Positions 28,905 to 42,070 of a stretch of DNA of 64,000 nucleotides are shown in pieces. Numbering within the stretch: the stretch's first letter is position 1; each line of letters opens with the position of its first letter. A model generated the notes under the pieces. It was not told the DNA's origin and did no database searches. It saw only the letters and a program-made list of their open reading frames with translations. The position numbers and the translations under genes are program-made. Origin of the DNA: Guillardia theta CCMP2712. Taxonomy: Eukaryota > Protista > Cryptophyta. The DNA is taken from assembly GCF_000315625.1 (NCBI RefSeq), contig NW_005434673.1:396270-460269 (forward strand), written 5' to 3'.

Positions 28905-30959
28905 ATGACGGTAAGAGAGCGACGGGACGGTCCGATCTCCGGGAGGACCGTGACTTGAGGGGTCACTTCCTCTCGCACCGGGCTTTTCTGGAACTGTACC
29001 TCTGGGGCAAAGGGGTGGGGGTGGGAAAATTCAGAGGTAGGGGAGAGGTTAGCGAGCTGGAGGGAGTGGGCAGAGTGGGAGGGCAAGTGGCTGGGAATGA
29101 AGGAGTAAGAGTCGGCAGAAGAGAGCGAGCAAGAGAGGTTGATGGAGGGTCCAACGTTCGGAGGCAGGGAGAGGGGAGAGAAAGGGGAGGGGGAAGAGGG
29201 AAAGTTTTGTGGTTGGAGTGGGATGTGAAGGGAGGAAAAATGCGTACCTATCACCCGTAGACCCTGCCCCTTGCTGATTATGTCTGTAGATTAAAATTTA
29301 CAATCCTTCTACGGGAGAGGAGGTCGAGCTCGACTACAGCTCGTCAGAGCCTGCGCAGCTTCACATCCTGAATAAGAGCAGCAAGGCTGTCGCAGTTCTC
29401 TGGATCGATGAGAAGAAAGTTGAAACAGAGTACGCTAGGGTTGAGGCAGGGGGTTCGGTCATACAACCAACTTTTGTGGGACATCCCTGGATCTTGAGAG
29501 ACTGCATCAAGCGCAGGATTTTCTTCATGCATGTCGCTGGTCCAGGAACATGCCGGCTCATCGTACAGCAGCACGCAACTCGTCATGACCTTTTGGATGC
29601 GCATGTGGAGCAGGAAGAATCCTCGGCTCCTGTTGATGCCCCTGATGCCGCGCAAGGATCGATCTCGGTTGACACTTCACCAGCTGTCGAAGTTGAGAAG
29701 GATCAGGAGAGTGAACCTCCGCAGCCTGCGGATGGAACGAACGCGGATGGAACGAACGCGGACGGAGCGAACGCGGACGGAGCGAACCTGGATGGAGCAG
29801 ACGCGTTGGCTGAGATCTCACCGGGGTCGGAGGAAGAGAAGAAAGATGGTGACGGAGCAGGAGAATTGAATGCTGAGGTGACAGAGGCGGTGCAATCGTT
29901 GACGATTGATCAAGAATGCGGCCAAGAAGAGCCGTGCGAAGAAGGATATTGCGCCAGAGATGTCGCAAAGACTTGCGCTGGAGATATCAGCATCTGTGCC
30001 TTTGGCTGCGTCTCGAAGAGGGCGATCGAGGTGGCCAAGCATGTTGTGCAGAAAATGCTCGAGCACGCCTCCAAAGACGTCTGCGATCGTCTTGTCTGCG
30101 GGTTCGCGAGCGTTGCTGTGATAGGGCGGAACCAAGTCACGTCCGACATGCCCCCACACGCCTTCCTCAAGAACTTGCAGACTGGAGAGGGCTCAGGCCG
30201 CAGCTACGACACAGGATGTCGAGGAGTGGGAGGGACTTGCAAGGTCCCTTGCACCTCAGTCGGGGAGGAGAATCTGCTCATGGAGGACGGCGACCGCTAC
30301 GGGGAAGAATCGATCCTCGTGCACGAGTTCGGACACTGCGTGATGAACGGTAGGAGCTGATGATCGTAAGTTGACAACTTGCTTGGCTCCCTGACCGCCC
30401 CACAGTTGGACTCAGCTCGGCCCAGCTCGACCGGGTTAAGTACTTGTATGAGCACGTGAAGGCGGCCGGAGGCCACGGAAACTCCAGCAGGTGAGCAGCA
30501 GTTCCCCAGCAGGAGGGTCGAGCTCTCCGCTAACCTGCCTTGATTGCAGCTACCTCATGTCGAACGCCGAGGAATACTGGGCGGAGATCACCCAGGCATG
30601 ATGCATCACCTCCTCCGTTCCTCTCGTATCCCCCCTCCCTCTCCCCTTCCTCCTTCCCACTTTGCTTCATCCCTCTTCCTTTCTCTTCCTCCCTTCTCCT
30701 TTGTCCTGAAGCAGCTTGCAGGCCTGGTTCGAGGCCAACTCGAGGGAGGACGTCAACTGCGGGATCAGGACAAGGGAGGACGTGAAGAAGAGGGACCCGA
30801 AGCTAGCTGAGCTCCTGCTCGAGGTGAGGAGCAGTGGGAAGGAGTATCCCAGGGAGGAGTCCAGCTGACGGGGAGCTGAAGGTGTACGGTGATGGCGAAT
30901 GGCGGTACTTCAAGGATTGCCCGAAGCCTGAGAAGTGGAAGAGATACAAAACGAAGTGA
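28905..30959 (+). CDS. VHL-beta-domain plus zincin metallopeptidase (HEFGH; ATLF/PPEP-like)
   Basis: A putative MT|gtaag micro first exon, then AVAVLWIDEKKVETEYARVEAGGSVIQPTFVGHPWILRD (VHL beta), an acidic linker, RGVGGT...SVGEENLL...ESILVHEFGHCVM, YLMSNAEEYWAEITQAWF and RDPKLAELLLEVYGDGEWRY. Confidence 0.8.
29728..29802 (+). repeat. 15-bp coding minisatellite (ADG[TA]N-like, about 5 copies)
   Basis: gcggatggaacgaac and gcggacggagcgaac in tandem. Confidence 0.85.
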
Positions 30960-31029
30960 GTTGAGGAGGAGGAGGAGGAGGAGGAGGAGGAGGCAGTCAG
31001 CGTGTGTTCGTTCAATCCCCTCACGCTTC

Positions 31030-33500
31030 AGGAGCTAAAGAATAAATTTTTGGACTGCTCGACTCTCACAGTCTCTTCTGATTGAAGATGCTCATCCTTT
31101 GCGCTCTCGATGACATGCTGCCGCAAATTTCAGACCTTCTGCTTCCTGATCCCCCACTCGCGCAATGCATCCCCTCCTCCCTCTCCCTCTCCCTCATGCT
31201 CATGCGTCTTCACGCCCCCTCTCACCTGAACGCAGACTCCCCATCCCCGTCCATCAGGTAAGGATCCCCCCCTTGCGACACGAGCAGCCGCCCGATCGCA
31301 TCATGGCCCTCCATCACCACGAGGTGGAGTGGAGTGATACCATGCTTGGTCTGCCTTCTCAGTCAGTTCCTCCTCCTTTTCTCTTCCTCACCCATCTTCC
31401 AATTTCTGACGTCCTCCTATTCTATGAACTCGACTCACCATACCGATCGCACGCCTCTCCTCCTAACGTGACTTTCTTCCCCCTCCATTTTCTAGTTCCG
31501 GGTCCTCCTTCTCTCGTCCTCCTACCTTCACCTATCCTCCCCTGCCTCCTGCCATCCTTCCTGCATCACCTGTGTGTTCGGGTTCGCTCCAGCGTTGAGC
31601 AGGAGATGCGCTATCCTCTCGTGCCCGTCCTTGCACGCGATGTGCAGAGGAGCGATACCCTTGTGAGTCTTGATGTTGACCTACACGGCACAGTGAGCAG
31701 ACTGTGAGGGGCAGGAGCAGATTGTCGAGGATGGCAGCGCAAAGGGGAAGATGTCGGCCGAAGAGCGAATGGTTCCAAAGAACATTTTCGGTGAGGACAG
31801 GAGCAAAGGGCAGCAGAACGAGGAGGAGGACGGGTTGGGTGGCCACTCACATCCGAGCCAGACTCTAGCAGGGCCTCGGTGACTCGCAAGTTTCCCTCCT
31901 GCACGGCGATGTGGAGGGCAGTGAGCCCGTTGCTTGTGATGGCATTGACCTTGCACTGGAGGAGGAGAAGTTACCTTCCCTTCCTCTCCTCTTCCCTTCC
32001 TTCTTCTCACCTTGAGCCCTACCAAGAGCTTCACTGCAGCAACGTGCCCGCCTCGAGCAGCTAGATGCAAGGGAGCGATGCCCTCATTCGTGGTTACATC
32101 CTGCCCATCACAAACTGAGGGTCAGAGACGAGAGCAGGAGCGGGGCGGGAGAAGGCGGGGAAGGAGGAGGCAGATTACAGGGCAGATGGACAGGGACAGG
32201 GATGAAGAGGAGGAGGAGGAGGAGGAGGAAAACGGTTGCGCACCTTCTCTCCTCCATTGTCAAGCAGGATGGCAAGGGTCTTTGTGTGACCTCGGTCTGC
32301 TGCTGCATGCACCGGCTGCACTCCTCCTTCATCCGCGCACCTGAGGTCGGCATTCCTCTGGAAGAGTTTCAGAGGAAGTGTGGGAGAGAGCGAGAAGCAG
32401 GGAGGAAAGACAGAGAGAAGCTAGAGAACAAGCATTTAGGACGAAGGAGAGGGGAGGGAGGAGAGAGGAGAGAGGAGAGGGGAGGGAGGAGAGGGGAGAG
32501 AACGAGAGGAGAGGGGAGGGAGGAGAGGAGACAGAAGCAACGGTCACGACAAGTTCGGCTACCTGTATCAGCAACTTGACAATCCCTTCCATCCCTTGCA
32601 GTGCCGCGTAGTGGATCGGTCTCCGTCCCATCAGGTTGGGCTTGTCAAGGTCCATCCCAGGATGATTGATGAGGAGAGTAGCTATCTTCTCCTGCCGCTC
32701 CTCCAGCGCCTGCATTACGCGTCAGGACCTGGCGGGGAGCAGGGAGCTCTACAAACCAGGTGAAGGGGAGTGTTGCCGTTGGTGTCGGTCGTGTTGACTT
32801 CCGATCCCTCCTGCTCTAGCAAGAAGGAGACCGAGTGAACATGCCCCTCCCTAACGGCCACGTGGAGGTGCGACAATGGCATGAAGTTCGGTTCAGGTTC
32901 CTCCATGGGCGGGGATTCGATCGGCAGGCTGACGATCCTGCAACGGGATCAATTTCGCTTGTCAGGAAGGGAACTTTAACATGAGAGGCGAAAGGGAGAG
33001 GAGGCGTGGATGTAACCCATGTCAGGGAGCAAGACGGAAGCAGGGTGAGCGAAGGCAGGGGGCACGGAATGGGTGAGCAGGCAGATGGGATGGAGGTGGA
33101 GCAAGTGAAGGAGAGAGAGTGTGAGCGGAAGAGATGGAGGATGGGAGGGAATGGAAACTTACTCGCTGCTCCTCCTCCGCAACCCTCTTCCTTCAGCGCG
33201 AGCTTGCAGCGTTAGCAGCAGCTCTTCGTTGGACTTGGCCGCTGTTCCGAACATCCCAGAGTTGATTAGAGCGAAGGTGACATCTTCAGCTGCGGCAGAC
33301 ATGGGCTTCCTCCGGCTTGAAGGACATCGTGAGAGAGGGCGGGGAAAGGCAACATTCACCTCAAGAATCGCCGAGCTCCTAACTGCTTCTTGTTGAACTC
33401 CTTCCCTGTTGGATTGATGTTGCTGACGCGCAGGATGGTGTTGTTGTCTAGCTGCACCTCCAGCATGTTCCCAAGGTCCATCTGTCCCATAGTGTACAGG
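31030..33500 (-). CDS. Multi-exon ankyrin-repeat protein
   Basis: LHVAVREGH, GNTPLHL, GRRPIHYAALQG, PLHLAARGGH, TALHIAVQEGN, TPLHLVVMEGH. Ends approximate. Confidence 0.85.
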
Positions 33501-33889
33501 AAGTACAAGCAAGTGGCTTCCTTTCAGGTCGCCTTGCGCATTTATCACCCAGATTCAACACATATTTCAGTGACACTTTGGTGGGGCTAGAGGACAGCCC
33601 GTGTTACAGCAGCTCGACATCAGCGGTCACTTCTTCTCATGTTCTGGCCCAATCAATGAATGAGAAGTGTTCCTGCCATCAAAGGATTCAAAAGATGAAG
33701 TAGAGGCGAATGGAAGTATCAACGACATCATCGATAGGTTTCAAGCATAGAGCAGATGGAGCCGAATGCAGACAACCTTCATTGCTGATAGCAACTGCTG
33801 ATTCTTGTCCTCACAACCTATCCATCACTTCCCATATCCCTCCCTCCCTCCCCAGCCACCCTCCTCCTCCTCTTCCTACTACCGATCAT

Positions 33890-34490
33890 CCCACCCCAGA
33901 CTGCCATCCCCCGATCAACGGATCAACCACCCCACCCCCACGCCAATTCTTCGAATCCAAGTATTCAACCCCCTTCTTCTAAAATCTTTAGGTTTACTCA
34001 AATATATTTAATGATACATAAATTAGTTAATAAAGTAATAATTGTACCCACCCACCAAATGGTTTATGCTCTTTCATTTGTAGGGGTCCTCGATCTTTCA
34101 GTTTGGCTAATGTACCCCTCTATGTGTCTATGGAAGAGGGGGTATTCATTAACCCCACCCCACCAATCCCCTTCGACTTCAACACCCCCCAAAATAACAC
34201 CCCCACCATAGTATTTCTGCAGCTTTTCTGTGACAAGACCGGTACAATTTCACCCACCCCTCTATTGGACAAATCCGCTGGGTACATCACCCCCACCCCA
34301 TAATTTCAATATTTGTCCTCACCCCTACCCTTTAAAATCCTGGATTTCAGGGGGTGATACAAACTAAACACCCTGAACTCAGTAGAAAAGGGATTCTGAA
34401 CTAAACTTGTAAACCCCAACAATTCAAGAGAAAAGTACCCGTACTTCCACATACCCTAAGAGCGATTGAACACCACCCCCTTGGGGGTCA
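33890..34490. promoter_or_regulatory. ACCCCACC-motif cluster with AT-rich spacers between divergent genes
   Basis: Many accccacccc, acccacc, acccctaccc and aggggtg motifs. Confidence 0.45.
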
Positions 34491-34513
34491 GGGACAGAGC
34501 GGCGCCTGCAGGG

Positions 34514-36144
34514 ATGGAGCTGTGGGAGGATACGATCTATGTGTCCGGCCTGCCGAAGGATATCACCGAGCAGAGGTGAGGAGGAGGAGGAGATGAGAGA
34601 TGAAGATGATAGATGAAGATGGACACCTTGGGGGCTGTTCTGCTTCATGAGATCAGGATTCTTTGTCGCTTCTCCAAGGCTGTTCTTTCATGTTGTACAG
34701 ATTTTTATCATTCATTCAGAGCTCTGTGTGCTCGACGGGGTTTTCTTGTTTACTTGATTGTCCCATGTTTGAATTGAAACAATGGTGTGATAAAGAGGCC
34801 TCGCTAACCATCATTTTGCTGTGTCTTGTGGCTGACTGTGACGTACAGGCTTGTGGACTTCTTTGGGCAGATCGGTATCATCAAGGAAGGGAAAGGAAAA
34901 GAAAAAGGCAAAAAGAAAGTCTGGATCTACAAAGACAAGGCTACTGGTGAACCCAAAGGAGATGCAACAGTCTCCTACGACGACCCCAACGGCGCTAAGT
35001 ATCGCGCGATGGTTGATTGCAACCTGCTATCCACCTTACCGTCAATGGCAGGGGAGCCGTAGATTGGTTCAACAACAAGCCCTTTGAGACCACCAACAAT
35101 ATTATCTCAGTCTCTATCGCCCAACGCAAAGCCTCCAACTATGCTCCGCGGGGAGGGGGTCGCAGAGGTACCAGAGGCGGGAGCTTTATTCGCTGGAACT
35201 GATGTATTTGAAGGTGGACGAGGTGGATATGACCGTGGTGGGTACGGAGACAGGGGAGGTGGCTATGGCGATGATGGCTACGGAGACCGACGAGGGTGCT
35301 GATGATGCATTCTAACGATCTCAACGAAATGATTGGAAGCACCTGAAATAGGGGTGGAGGCAGAGATGACTACGACCGTGGAGGCGGAGGAGGGTGTGTC
35401 AATCAAAGTGCATTGACAAGACCGATGATGTACGATGAACAGAGGTTGGCAAGATCGTGAAAGAGATCGGGAAGGATATGGAGGAAGGTAATTGACAGTC
35501 AACGATTTCTACGTGGAGCGATCTGAGCCTGGTGCCATGGAAATTCTTTTTGTAGAGGTGGATATGGAGGCCGAGATGGCGGGTGAAAACTCCTTCTGCT
35601 CTCCATCTATTCTTTGATACATGCGCCCAAAGCGGAGGGTATGGTGACCGTGGCTATGGCGGCGGCGATGGAGGGTATCCATGCTACTTGAATTTGAATT
35701 CGCGTGACTCATATGTTTCCCGTCTTTCGCAGCGGTGGACGAAGATATGAAGGCAATAAATCACTTCGTGCTGTTGTATGTCTGATGATTGCGATGTAGG
35801 TGGCCGTGGAGGTGACTACGGCGGCCGTGGAGGTGACTACGGCGGCCGTGGAGGCGACTACGGCGGCCGTGACGGGTATAAGAAATCCGACCGTTGTAAT
35901 AGAATCTCACACGTTTACAGCGGAGGTGGTGGTTACCGTGAAAGCCGTGACATGCCAGGCGGTATGACATGGACGATCATTACCAGTATTGATTGATTCG
36001 TCTACAGGCCATGACGATCCTCGCGGCGGCTATGGTGGACCACCAAGGTAGACTAGGACTATTCACAACATGACGGTGATTCGGCAATTGAAAACGATGA
36101 ATTGCAGAAGGGGCGGCTATGACGACCGGGACAGACAGTACTGA
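34514..36144 (+). CDS. FET-family (TAF15/FUS/EWS-like) RNA-binding protein: RRM plus RGG tail
   Basis: DTIYVSGLP, FFGQIGIIK, VWIYKDKATGEPKGDATVSYDDP and AVDWFNNK are characteristic of the FET RRM. The RGG/GY tail lies in micro-exons and ends RDRQY*. Confidence 0.88.
35802..35870 (+). repeat. 21-bp coding repeat (GRGGDYG, about 3 copies)
   Basis: ggccgtggaggtgactacggc in tandem. Confidence 0.85.
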
Positions 36145-36299
36145 AGTCTCGAAGGTTGGAGTAACGTAATGTGCGGCAGAGCCACGGCTTTGATTGATAT
36201 ATCTAAAAGCTGCACAAGTGTTTTTCCCTTGCGCCAGAAAATCTCTCGTCTTGTGCGAGGATAATTGCAATAAACTTCTTATGCGCTCTTTTGCAAGAT

Positions 36300-37810
36300 G
36301 TCTATAGGCTGTATGGAAACTAGAGAGAAAAAGTTCCATCCCACCTACAAATAATGTGCTCAATGTCAGAACAGCTTCGTTGGAAGGTAACATTTGCACG
36401 TTCGTTAAGTAAACCTTGAGGGATCAAATAGAGCATTAGAATAAATTCCTTCGAGAAGTTTACTATCGCATTCATGAGGCTCACAAGCTCCACGCACGGA
36501 AAGGGGACCAAACTGAACCTAATTTCGTAGCAGAGAAGATCAAAGATGTACAGATTTCTGAATTTGATGTCATGGAATCAATGGATTCTCAGTTCGGGCT
36601 GCAACAAGAAATGATGAGCAGCTGTCGTAGGCCTCTCCAAGGGGTCATTGTTACCTGTTATTCATAGAGGTAGAGGCTGTGTATCCGTTTGTTCGTGGAG
36701 TTGAGAACCTGGAATGCGATCTCACAAACATCGTGAGATCGTCCGGGTTGCTCACATGGTCGCAGAGAGCGTTCTCGGAGTCGAATATGGCGAATTCCCT
36801 ATTGATCCTAGAGACCAAGCTTAATCCAGATGCAGGGACGCGAGGCTGATTACGTGGGCTTTGCTGAGGTATCCTCTTGCGCTGCAATTCAACCACGATG
36901 TGTTCATATGTGCCCTCACTCGTGACCTTCAAGATCACAGGAGATCAGAAGAGTGAAGGGTTGACGTCGGTTATGATGTCAGGGCCTCACCAAACTTTCA
37001 GGAAAAGGTTTCAATACTGTGCCCTCTGGTGGTGGCCCATCGGAGACCAATCGTAGCAGCCCAAGCTTCACCGTTGTTCCCGGCCTGCCAAGGAGTCGCT
37101 TCGCAACCTGCAGGCATGTTCTAAGACTGGACAAACTTGAAGCACCTGCAGAAGACCTCGTTAGCTGGCCTTCGGTATACGTCTGCATCATTGATCGAAT
37201 GAAGGATATCGCCGGCCTGAAGCACATGAAGCGCTCAATCCATGGGCGCAAGAAAGCTTGCAATACCTGAATCATGCGCGATTGTTCTGCACTACTTCCT
37301 GGCACCAAGCTATGCACAACTAGAGCCAGAAAGGTATCGCTTTGAAATGATGGCTTTAGAACTATTCCAACCCCAACCGTTTCAGCCACTGGAGATTGAT
37401 CGGGATTGCTTGCCACTGCTTTCACTCGATCTGTTTTTCTGCCCTCATTTGTCAGATCATACCTTGAAGCACTTTGAAGTTACCTGCAGTCGCAACATGC
37501 AAAACTCATGGTTATTCAGGTTATACTAGCTTAAAGGAGATATCGCTGGCCTTCGTTCGAACCTGGCAAAAGAAAGTCAATAGGAAGCAAGCCGGACAAT
37601 GAATGAATTGAAAGGATATCAAATTTTGCATTGGCATACAGACTAACAATCTTATAATCGCATCAGCACAGTGATTATTTCCTGTTGAAACCCTCTAGAC
37701 AACAAAGGAAAATTTCCGATTCGATCCATTCTCGAGCCTTGGAGGACTCCACTCACTCAGCTGATCTCAGGTCAAACAAAGGTTTGATCCAGCTTCATAT
37801 GGAACATCAT
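36300..37810 (-). CDS. Multi-exon PDZ-domain protein
   Basis: VGVGIVLKP...LVVHSLVPGSSAEQSRMIQ...GDILHSID...VAKRLLGRPGTTVKLGLLR. Ends uncertain. Confidence 0.65.
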
Positions 37811-37944
37811 GCAGCAATCACTTGGTTATCACAGCTTCTAGCATGAACAGAAAAGCACAACTCTCCTCCTCCTCCTCTGCCTCCTCCTCCTCTGCCTCCT
37901 CCATCCATCGTCCACATTCAATGCATTCTGGCCCGTAGGAGCAG

Positions 37945-38420
37945 CCGCGGGCCGGTGGCCGTACCCCGTCCTGCTAGCAGAAAAAGTGAACTCGAGGGTG
38001 GGGGTAGTTTCTCAGAAACATGGGGTATGAGAGAACAGGTGGTGGGATAGGAGGGGTGTGCAGACCATACATGGAAGGGCATAGTAGGGGTGGTTGTCTA
38101 TTTGCTGAGTTGAAGAGGGGTAGGGTACTCATTTGAAATTGAAAGCTAACTTGACGGGTACTTTTCCATATGAGACGGAGGGGTACTCGACACTAGGGGG
38201 TACTCTATCCATTCAGCCATTGAGCAATTTTGCCCTGGCAGCGCGGCTCGGCCCGGCCCGGACTCCGAGTCTCGGCGGCGGCCCGGCCCGGCAGCTCCGG
38301 GCGGCCCGGCTGGCCCGGACTCCGATTGCCAGGCGGTGACCGGCTGATCAGCCTGCCACAGTCGGAAGCAGCCGGCCCTTCCGAGTCCAGCGTCTGGCCC
38401 AAGTTCAGCCCGGATGATCT
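37945..38420. promoter_or_regulatory. GGGT cluster (about 37995-38205) adjoining a CCGG patch (about 38240-38420)
   Basis: gagggtgggggtag, gggggtgg, ggggtagggtac, gggggtactc twice; ggcccggcccgg twice; ccggatgatc. Confidence 0.4.
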
Positions 38421-38469
38421 TCTGCATCAATCATGGCAGTTTTCAAGTCACTGTTGACTCTGCATCAAG

Positions 38470-41400
38470 TTACAAGAGGACTAAGTTCTGATGCCAATAG
38501 GGGACGTCGTCAAACCGCACGAGCTCGCGCTTGGTCCCTGTGAAGGCCAGGGACAGGGTGCGCACAGGCCCATCCCCCCACCTGCTCCTCAGGAAGCCGC
38601 CAAGTCTGTCGAGGGCGTCGAAGATCTCGAGCTGAGCTGGGCTCCTCCAGAAGGGGAGATGCAGAACCTCCAGATTGTTGTAGAAGAAGGAGCCATCCCA
38701 TCTCCCCAGCTGACTCCCTAGCAACCCTCGATGCACCAGCAGTTCCTCCGAGCTGGGCGCCTGCCCTGTCTTGTCGAGCCTCCCCGCTACTCCCCTGACG
38801 GCCTCGTAGAGCCCTGCGCTGAGCGACGGGTGCTCCACCGCCCGCGCTAGGAAGCCGTAAGCGCCTCCAGTCTCGTTCATGGCGAGGAAGGGGTCCCGAG
38901 GAAGTGGAGCAAGGAGGAAGGAGTCCGTGTCGAGCCGCATGTAGTACTCCATGCTCCCAAGAGCTTTAGTATGGAAGATGGGACCAGAGAAGAACCTGCA
39001 CATGTTTCTGTATCCCAGTCCTTGTGTTGGCGCCTCGGAGAAGAAATTCATTCCCTGCCCCCTCACAGCAGCGGCAGGATCCTTGAGATGCTCCTCCTGC
39101 TCCCTCAAGTCCACGAGCTCGAAGGAGAGGTCGAGGACGAGGCCGGGAGTCTCCTTGATCCAGCGCATGTTGTCTGAGCTCAGGCCGTCGTGGAAGACGA
39201 TGACGGGGTAGAAGCCATGGATGTCGAAGAAGTTTGACTGGAGGAGGAGGAGACTGTGGTAGAGGTCTGTCAAGTCTTCCGTGGAGTTGGACGTGAGGTA
39301 GACCACCGAGCAAGCTCTCATCGCTCCTGCCTCCTTCTGCTGCTCCCCTCTCCCCTTCCTCTCCCTGCCCTCCCCCGTCCACTTCCTCCCTGCTGCTCCC
39401 CCATACGAGGGGGAGAGGTCGATTGTCCCGTCCTCCAGCCTTTCAAGAAGCCGTTCCATCATCCTCTTCGGCCGCTCCTCGTCGATGAGGATGTTGTCCG
39501 AGTAAGGAGCGATCGCAAACTTTGACTTGTCCTTCGCTTGGGCGATGGGGGCGAGGGCTAGGGGCAGCTCCTCGTAGTTCCCCGTCCTCAACATGATCTG
39601 CCCGATCAGCATGTAGATGTTCGAATCCTTGGGGTTGAAGCTGAACACTCGCAGGAGATGGCACAGGGCTTGAAGGTAGACAGCGCTGCTGCTGGTCCTC
39701 CTTACTCTCCTGCCAACCCTCGACAGGTCGCACATCGTCACTCCGCCGTCAAGGAATGAGATCCGTTGAGGCTCCTGCTCCTGCAAGAACGATTGCATCC
39801 TCTCAAAGTCGTGCTCTTCCAGCGCCAACTTCATCCACGTCATGGCGAGGAACATGCTGCATCCATCGGGCAAGTGAGAAGGGGAGGAGAGAGGCAACTT
39901 TCGGCTACTCACTTGGTGTCTGCTCGGTCGGATTGTAAGTTATCACTGACATGGAGATGAAGGCAAGATTGAGCCCACGACATGTTGTCGTAGAAGATGA
40001 TGCCCATGTTGAAGTGAGTCTTGGACAGAAGTTCCTGCATTCTCAAAGGTCAGGTTGGACACCAGAAGATGAATCAGTTCAGGGGGATATGAATGCAAAC
40101 AGGACATCGGATGGGTTCATGTCTGCAAGAAGACACGGGGATACGAGTTGCAAGGTAGCTACCAAAGACTATCAGACCGCACAAACACAGAGCTCGTCCG
40201 AGTACAGTTTTCAGACCGTCAACAGGACAAGAAGGCATAAAGTCAGACCTGATGCTTCTCCTTCTGCTCCAACAGCTCCGAACGAGCCATTTCACAATGC
40301 TTCAGACCCTGCTGTCCTTGCTGGACGAGTCGGAAACTTGCACAAAGATCGAGGAGCAGCTTTGCTCGTCCCTCTCTTTCTGTTCTCATTTTCAATATTT
40401 TCTCCTTCCCCTCCGACCGCTCAAGTTCACCAGTTGCAGGCAGCCAACGCAAAACACGTTGGAGAAGGGAGATGGCGGCAAAGACGTCCCCTACCTTGAT
40501 TGAGATCTCAGCACGATAAATCAAGAAAAGTGGTAGAGGAGGAGGAGGAGGAGAGTTGGTGGGTAGGAGCGACAAATAGGAGGAGGAGCAAGAGGGGATA
40601 GGCGGGATTGACGGGCTTGAGGAACGAGCATATATACCTGATCTCGAATGCGATAAGCTTCTAAGCAGCAGGCATGAACAAGGAAAGAGAAATCAAAAGG
40701 CGGAAGAGATGGGTCCCTAAGAGCTCTAATGAAAGGACAAGGGAAAGATAAGGACGGGAGGAGTCAGAACATGCGGAGGGAGGGGACAAAGCAAGAAATC
40801 ATCAGATTTTGAACCAGTCAAGTTCATGCTAAGACAAGATAGTCCAACCTTCCATAGGCCTTCAACGATGCTGCGTACTTTTCGGACTTCTCGTAAGCCT
40901 TTGCCATGCTCACAAGGTTGTTGAGCTTCAAAGTTTTCATCTCCTCGGGCTCCTGCCCGAGTTCGAAAGCCTCCAAGTCACTGATGAGCCTTTCCACAAG
41001 ATGAAAACTGCGCAATGCGATCGAAAAGCTGAAGATGCAATTCCAACATTTAGAGAGAAATTTCATAGAACAAAGTCCTGGGCACTCACTTCCCATGAAG
41101 GTGGCCAAAGGCACCAAGGCGGAAAATCTGCCAAGCCAAACTAGCCATGGCAGACTTGGAGGCAGGAAGTCGAAGAGACGAGCACAACAAGAAATCTTGC
41201 TGGCAAAAAAATGCAGAATCCCAATCCTGCACAGCAACATGAACAACTGGAAACCCACGACTAAACATTCTCAACCTTCTCCCTCGCATGTTCCTCGCAC
41301 TCCTTCCTTTGGCAACTCTCCACATCCGCCCGATCGGGGGGAGTCTTGTGAAAGGCGTCAACGCTGCGATGACTCACAGTAGAATCTGACTACCTTGCTT

Positions 41401-42070
41401 GCTGCCTCCTGCTCCTCATCCAAGTCATTCTCGTCGAACAAGATTTGCGCTGAGGGAGAGCTGGAACGAACTTCAGGCAACGCAGCAGCGACAGGCGATG
41501 ACGTCATCACACTATCTGTACGGCGCGTCTCAGCCATGTCTTCAGCCAGTCATCCCCGACTGCTCCACCTCCTCTTCTCGCCCGCAATATTGCCAGCGAG
41601 GCTGAAGAATACAACCTGACGCGTTCGGTCAAACCATGAGGTCAAAGATGCTTCGAATCACCGAAACAACACCCTCCTCCTCTCGTAGGGCAGAGCTGAA
41701 GGGCGAGAAAGCAATCTTGGAGTGCGGAAATCATGTCAGGCATGATGGAGCTACGAGACAAGAAGCGAGGACCGCTCATCTTGCAGCGAGTTGGCTGCAT
41801 ACGTGAAACATTGCATCGCGTCGCTAAAGCGTCCCTGGTCCGCAAGGGCCTCACCTTGAGAGGAGAGACTCTCGGCATTGCTCCAGCACCTTCAAGGAGG
41901 GCTCGGTCACGCAGGAGGAATCCAAGAGGACGCGCTTACTCCTCATCGAAGTCTCGACATGAACGCGGCACGCATCTCCCGCTATCCTCCGACGATGGAG
42001 AGATGAAGAGCAGGATGAGGAGAGCCAACGTGACGCGCATCCCCCATGTCGGCTCACCTAGATCATCCAT
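38470..42070 (-). CDS. TPR-like region plus GT15 (KRE2/KTR alpha-1,2-mannosyltransferase-like) protein
   Basis: GYRNMCRFFSG, YYMRLDTDS, YNNLEV..L.FWRS and GGF...RWGDGPVRTL are GT15 motifs. Upstream helical exons (LVSMAKAYEKSEKYAASLKAY; IYMLIGQIMLRTGNYEE) are TPR-like, and the N-terminus is hydrophobic (MRVTLALLILLFISP). Joining the 5' exons is inferred. Confidence 0.8.
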
